From contig CP170459.1 in the NCBI GenBank assembly GCA_047947115.1, positions 1,088,001-1,152,000 of the forward strand: a stretch of 64,000 nt of DNA. Reading direction: 5' to 3'. Origin of the DNA: Verrucomicrobiota bacterium. Its GTDB lineage: Bacteria; Verrucomicrobiota; Verrucomicrobiia; Limisphaerales; AAA164-E04. Within the stretch, counting starts at the first letter, position 1. Each line of letters starts with the position of its first letter. The position numbers and the translations under genes were made by a program. The notes beneath the pieces are model-generated. The model was not told the DNA's origin, ran no database searches, and worked only from the letters and a program-made list of their open reading frames with translations. Below are positions 59,438 to 64,000 of this stretch, piece by piece.

Positions 59438-59860
59438 ATGGATTTCAATCACTGGAACCCAGGGGAGCGTCGTAGCGAATTTGTGGGTATATCTGGATCG
59501 GAAACGTCTATGTCAGACAGCAGTTGGTCTCCAAATACGGATGTTTATGAAGTGGATGGCGGTTTGGTCATCCGGGTGGAATTGTCGGGTATGCGCCGTG
59601 AGGATCTTCAGCTCAAAGCAGAAGGCAACATGCTGCGCATCAGCGGCACTCGACCTGACGACCAGCGGCCATCTCAAAGCAAATATCTGCTGATGGAGAT
59701 TAGTTTCGGTCCTTTTGAGACTACCATTGAACTGCCTTCAGGATATGATCTTGAGGAAGCCAAAGCTCTCTATCAGAACGGATTTCTTACTGTGGAAGTG
59801 CCTGCTGAGTCAGAGTATCCCTCCAAAAACATTCAAATCGAATCTTTGGCCGGGGATTAA
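59438..59860 (+). CDS. Hsp20/alpha-crystallin small heat-shock protein
   Basis: WSPNTDVYE, EISFGPFE, ALYQNGFL. Confidence 0.9.
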   Translation: MDFNHWNPGERRSEFVGISGSETSMSDSSWSPNTDVYEVDGGLVIRVELSGMRREDLQLKAEGNMLRISGTRPDDQRPSQSKYLLMEISFGPFETTIELPSGYDLEEAKALYQNGFLTVEVPAESEYPSKNIQIESLAGD

Positions 59861-60062
59861 ATCACCAACCCTTTCATTTTTATCCCTCCACACATTTTAG
59901 GTGGAGTGAAGATCTAACAATAGATAGCCCACATTGGAGGGGAGGGGTCCCGCTTCAACCTTTATAGTTTACGATTTGAAACGAAGGCTCCTTAGTAAGT
60001 GCTCCTTCCCAATCAACCCGTAAGCCTTTTCGCGTTTCATGTCGATTATTGATGAAACTTTT

Positions 60063-61594
60063 GGGTCTTCTCAAAAAAGAGTGGGTAAATTGAGCACGTC
60101 GGGATGCCCTATCGCTCTGTTCCAGTCCAGTAAAACATCAGCATAACTCCCCCGCTGACGCGGAGTCGGCCTTCGGCACTTATATGATGTTTTCCTGGAC
60201 TTCCACGACGCGAGAGGGCCTACGGGTGGTGTGGTTTTTCTCCAAGAAAAACCCAGAGGATTTTTATTCGAAAAGCATCGGCAATCTCCTCAACATGGCG
60301 TCGCCAAAACAAACCTCGTCAAAGATTGCCGATGCTGTTGAAAACCTTGCTCAATCGTTGCCATAAATTCAAATCCTTTGTCTATCGCCAAGCATGCTTC
60401 CAGGAAGTTGAAGGAGTCGAAGCTATTGTCGTAAGCGTTGAACCACGGCAAAACAGCCGCCCAGTATGTTCAAAGTGCAATCGTAGTGCTTCCACCTATG
60501 ACCATCGTCCTGGAAAACGAAAGTTTCGATTCATCCCCTTATGGGGGTGGCCGGTGTTTCTTGAATACCGGATGCGAAGAGTTAACTGCCCCAATGACGG
60601 TGTTGTCATCGAATCGGTTCCTTGGGCCAAAGGAAAAAGCCGGATAACCTGTGTCATGGAACACTTCCTTGCACAGTGGGCTCGGAAACTTTCATGGAAA
60701 GAAGTTGCCCAGACCTTTGAAGTCAGTTGGCAATCGGTGTATCGGTCCGTTGCTTCCATTGTTGAATACGGCTTGAAGCACAGGAGTTTGGACGATATTA
60801 ATGCCATCGGAGTTGATGAGGTGCATTTTGGAAAGGGGCAAAAGTATCTGACGGTGGTTTACCAGATAGATCAAGGCACGCGCCGATTGTTAAGCGTCAC
60901 CAAGGAGAGAACCGAGCAATCCCTTCGGGATTTTTTTAAGATCCTCACTCAAAAGCAACTTGAGTCCATTCAATTTGTTTGTTCGGACATGTGGAAACCT
61001 TATCTCAATGTGATTAAGGAAAAACTCGAACACGCCCTCCACGTGTTGGATCGCTTCCATATCGTAGCCAATCTGAACAAAGCAATCAATGAAGTCAGGG
61101 CGGTCGAAGCGCGTAAGATGCGTCAGGACGGATACCAGGAAGTGCTTAAACACACCAAATACTGCTTTCTCAAACGTCGTGAGAACCTCACGCCCAATCA
61201 AAAGATTAAGCTGGAGGAAGTCCTCCAGTATGATCTGAAAAGTGTTCGGGCATTTTTGCTCAAAGAAGCATTTGAGTTCTTTTGGAATTACACTAGCCCA
61301 TATTGGGCTGAGTGGTATTTGAACAAGTGGTGCACCAGAGCTATGCGCTCACGTCTGGAACCCATCAAGAAATTTGCCAGCAGCCTACGAAAACATCAGC
61401 CGCTGATCCTGAATTGGTTCAGGGCCAAAAAGACTATTTCGTCGGGAGTTGTTGAGGGTTTGAACCGCAAAATAAATCTGACTACCAGAAAAGCCTACGG
61501 CTATCGTAGCTTTGAAGTGCTTAAAATAGCCCTTTTTCACACAATGGGTGAACTACCCGAACCTAAATTTACCCACAGATTCTGAAGAAGAGGC
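60063..61594 (+). mobile_element. Complete ISL3-family insertion sequence
   Basis: Imperfect TIRs gggtcttctcaaaaaagagtgggtaaatt / aatttacccacagattctgaagaagaggc; 8-bp TSD AAACTTTT at 60055-60062 and 61595-61602. Confidence 0.93.
60332..61585 (+). CDS. ISL3-family transposase
   Basis: CSKC zinc finger, IGVDE, SDMWKPY, DRFHIV, EGLNRKI..RKAYGYR. Confidence 0.95.
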   Translation: MLLKTLLNRCHKFKSFVYRQACFQEVEGVEAIVVSVEPRQNSRPVCSKCNRSASTYDHRPGKRKFRFIPLWGWPVFLEYRMRRVNCPNDGVVIESVPWAKGKSRITCVMEHFLAQWARKLSWKEVAQTFEVSWQSVYRSVASIVEYGLKHRSLDDINAIGVDEVHFGKGQKYLTVVYQIDQGTRRLLSVTKERTEQSLRDFFKILTQKQLESIQFVCSDMWKPYLNVIKEKLEHALHVLDRFHIVANLNKAINEVRAVEARKMRQDGYQEVLKHTKYCFLKRRENLTPNQKIKLEEVLQYDLKSVRAFLLKEAFEFFWNYTSPYWAEWYLNKWCTRAMRSRLEPIKKFASSLRKHQPLILNWFRAKKTISSGVVEGLNRKINLTTRKAYGYRSFEVLKIALFHTMGELPEPKFTHRF

Positions 61595-61676
61595 AAACTT
61601 TTCAAGGTGATCATTTGGTGAAGCGACTCGTCGGGACTTCCATCCACTCCAAGTTAAAAAATAAAACAGCCTTCGC

Positions 61677-62567
61677 TTAAGCGCCTGCCTTGATTTCAGA
61701 TTGGATCTTATCAATAAGCTCCATCAATTTACGGCCGTAATTGACAAAGCTGTCGTAAATCTCCTCATCACTCGCACTTACGGAATCATCGTGAAAGACC
61801 ACTGCAAGGTGAGGTTCTATTGATATGCCGGCGTCATAACCAGAAGCCAGGGCATCTTTCAATATGCGATGGACCGCGCCATCTCCCTCTCCAGGCAGAG
61901 TGTAATCGGCATCATTTTTTTCAGGTTTCCAAATGGCATCCTTGACGTGGATGTGAATGGACTGGTCTTTGACGTGAGTCCAGAACTCCCATGGATCTTG
62001 TTTGGGTTGGGGGGACGGCTTGCTGCGATCGTCATTGAATACCGGATTGGCTGTGTCGAACACCCATTTGAGACCGGGCACGTTATCCATCAATTTCAGG
62101 GCGTGTTGCCAGCTCATGCCGCCGTAGTTCATGCAATTTTCGTGAACAGGTTGTAGTCCAGCATCAAGAAAACGATTGGTGATCTCGCGCAGTCGACGAA
62201 ACCGTTCTTCTTCCATCTGGTCCTCACCCTCGCGAACAGCGTAACTCATGATGCGCACGAACTTGGTGCCGAGACGTTGCATTCGAGGGATGGCGCGCTC
62301 CACTTCCGATAGGTCGAAGGGTTCATCAATTTTCTTTCCCCAGTTGGCGATGGTCGAACCGAAGCAATAAACGCCCACCCCGGAATCCTTAAGTTTCTTC
62401 TCGACGATATCGAATGCCGCATCGGGAATGTCGTGCAGATTTCCTTTTGGAAAACCTTCTACTTCCACGGTACGGGCTTCGATGGTGTTCCATCCGAGTT
62501 CTTTGACTGCCTTGATTTGTGTGTCGATGAGCGCTCCGGCTTCATCCGCAATGCCTGTAAGAATCAT
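61677..62567 (-). CDS. Sugar phosphate isomerase/epimerase (xylose isomerase-like TIM barrel)
   Basis: GIADEA, HENC, FDTAN, HIHVKD, SIEPH. Confidence 0.88.
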   Translation of the reverse strand: MILTGIADEAGALIDTQIKAVKELGWNTIEARTVEVEGFPKGNLHDIPDAAFDIVEKKLKDSGVGVYCFGSTIANWGKKIDEPFDLSEVERAIPRMQRLGTKFVRIMSYAVREGEDQMEEERFRRLREITNRFLDAGLQPVHENCMNYGGMSWQHALKLMDNVPGLKWVFDTANPVFNDDRSKPSPQPKQDPWEFWTHVKDQSIHIHVKDAIWKPEKNDADYTLPGEGDGAVHRILKDALASGYDAGISIEPHLAVVFHDDSVSASDEEIYDSFVNYGRKLMELIDKIQSEIKAGA

Positions 62568-62576
62568 GGTAATAAG

Positions 62577-63200
62577 TTAAGCTTTTACGATGGGTTGAGA
62601 GGGTTTGTTGGTGGCCGGGGCCTGTCCGTGGGGAACTTTGGTGTTAGCGTAAACTTCACTCAGAGGAAGTTGGCATTTGATAGAAGTCAACTGTAGCACA
62701 CCGTCTTCGCCTTCGACGGTTTTGAGCATCCAGGAACCATTGGGTTGCCGGGTGTACTGATCGGCCAACCAAGTTTCCTGAGAGATAAGAATGTATTCGG
62801 AAAGGGAATCCAAGTGTCGATAGTGCCAGAACTTACCTCCGCGATCCCAGGCGGCGGTGTTGTCTGAAAGCACTTCGATCAAAATCTTGGGATTCGTCAA
62901 TGTATCTTGAAGGGCATCCTCGAACTGTGGCGCGCCATTGACGACCAGGACATCGGGATGGGCATACAGGTCAGTCTGCAGGACTTTCAACCGCATGCCA
63001 CAGTTGAGCACGTGATTTTCGGTGTTTTTTAATCGGTGTCTGAGTTCGCCTGCAACGTTTGTTGCGATCAGCCAGTGCAGGTGAGATCCTCCCGCAATGG
63101 CGTAAACGCCTCCGTTCAGCCATTCCGCTCTGAGCCCCGCATGCCTTTCCATGGCGACGAATTCGCTGGATGCCATCTTGGTTTTTGGATCTGGATTCAT
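62577..63200 (-). CDS. Uma2 (DUF820) family endonuclease-like protein
   Basis: HPDVLV, IEVLSDNTAAWDRGGKF..Y..LSEYILISQ. Confidence 0.85.
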   Translation of the reverse strand: MNPDPKTKMASSEFVAMERHAGLRAEWLNGGVYAIAGGSHLHWLIATNVAGELRHRLKNTENHVLNCGMRLKVLQTDLYAHPDVLVVNGAPQFEDALQDTLTNPKILIEVLSDNTAAWDRGGKFWHYRHLDSLSEYILISQETWLADQYTRQPNGSWMLKTVEGEDGVLQLTSIKCQLPLSEVYANTKVPHGQAPATNKPSQPIVKA

Positions 63201-63565
63201 GTGTGATCGATACCTTTCTTTTGAAAACCCTTGTTTAAAGCATCCCATCCAAAGAATCGAGACGTAAAAACAGAAAATCGTTCTACTGGGGAGTAGGGCG
63301 TATGCTTTATTTCGCACGACTTGGCTTGCATTGATGTCTTATTGAAATGCTCGCATGCCAATGCCCATCCGGATCTGGTTCTATAATGGGCGATCTTACG
63401 CATGAACAATCCGATATCCTCTCAAAGCGCATGATACTCACTTGTGGCCTTACCAAATTGGAAGCGCTGATCGCTTATTTAAGCCATCCAAATCGGCGAT
63501 GACTTGATGTAATCCATAGCGTGCTTGGCCTGTATAATCTTGCTTGGAATCAAAGGAATGACACT

Positions 63566-64000
63566 TCATCGATTAAACGAGCTGGCGAAATCTTCATCCG
63601 AGACTTCCACCACTTTCTTTTCGAAGGTTGATTCCCGGATCAACTGATTCAATTTCGTTTCAAAAGCAGCGCCGTCCATAGGCATGTCGATGGTTTGATC
63701 GATCAGGGAAGAATAGAGAAGGGCGTTGGCCAACTCGACCGAATGAATCCCATCGGCACCCGGAGCAATCAGAGGCTCTCCATCTCGAATGGCATTGATG
63801 AAATTTCGCATCAGGATCGCGTGTGGCAATACGGCATTGCCGAAAGGAATGGCCACGTTCCATATTTCTGGTTTCGAAAAGCCTATTTTGGATTGCTTAC
63901 TGTGCTCCAGCATGCAGTTTTCGTTTCGAGTGAACTGGATCTGGTCATTTTCCAGAATCACCTTCCCGCGTGTGCCTGCGATTTCGAATCGATTCGAGCC
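63566..64000 (-). CDS. Gfo/Idh/MocA-family oxidoreductase, C-terminal part (truncated by the window edge)
   Basis: GSNRFEIAGTRGK..NFINAIRDGEPLIAPG.DGIHSVELANA. Confidence 0.8.
   Translation of the reverse strand, partial: GSNRFEIAGTRGKVILENDQIQFTRNENCMLEHSKQSKIGFSKPEIWNVAIPFGNAVLPHAILMRNFINAIRDGEPLIAPGADGIHSVELANALLYSSLIDQTIDMPMDGAAFETKLNQLIRESTFEKKVVEVSDEDFASSFNR

Noticed and set aside
1..64000. CRISPR array, cas genes, tRNA, rRNA, prophage, reverse transcriptase/retron
   Set aside because: No regularly spaced direct repeats, cloverleaf or T-loop motifs, rRNA signatures, phage structural genes or YADD-type RT motifs were seen

Overview
Bacterial chromosomal DNA, most likely from a Verrucomicrobiota (Pedosphaerales/Limisphaerales-like) genome. 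This is inferred from H-X9-DG prepilin-like genes, an Ig protein with a 'Y-x-VQASTDL..W...RFYRV' C-terminus, futalosine-pathway mqnC, sulfatases and a GH29 fucosidase. The window looks origin-proximal: four DnaA boxes, an IHF site and an AT-rich tract lie upstream of dnaN with no dnaA in the window, and two parS sites lie in or next to mnmG. Core genes include lepA, lepB, priA, thiD, dnaN, cysQ, mqnC, leuC, pssA, mnmG and pgi. Accessory content includes tctC-tctB, a Tro/Mnt metal ABC operon with a permease-DtxR fusion, a porin plus FMN-binding/ApbE fusion, a MacAB-TolC-type exporter, a sulfatase/fucosidase cluster, vapBC, a complete ISL3 element with an 8-bp TSD, several gene remnants and REP/MITE-like repeats. 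The most interesting unannotated signals are: (1) a DtxR/SirR-type operator between the metal ABC operon and a divergent promoter that drives a candidate metal-regulated sRNA; (2) paired Fur-like boxes over the porin-FMN/ApbE operon; (3) two further structured intergenic RNAs, one 6S-like; (4) a decayed DUF3179 gene with a UGA-x-x-C motif followed by a SECIS-like hairpin; and (5) a dispersed ...GGACTGACCCC motif bracketing an accessory ATPase. All family calls and RNA folds were made by eye; no database search or folding program was run.
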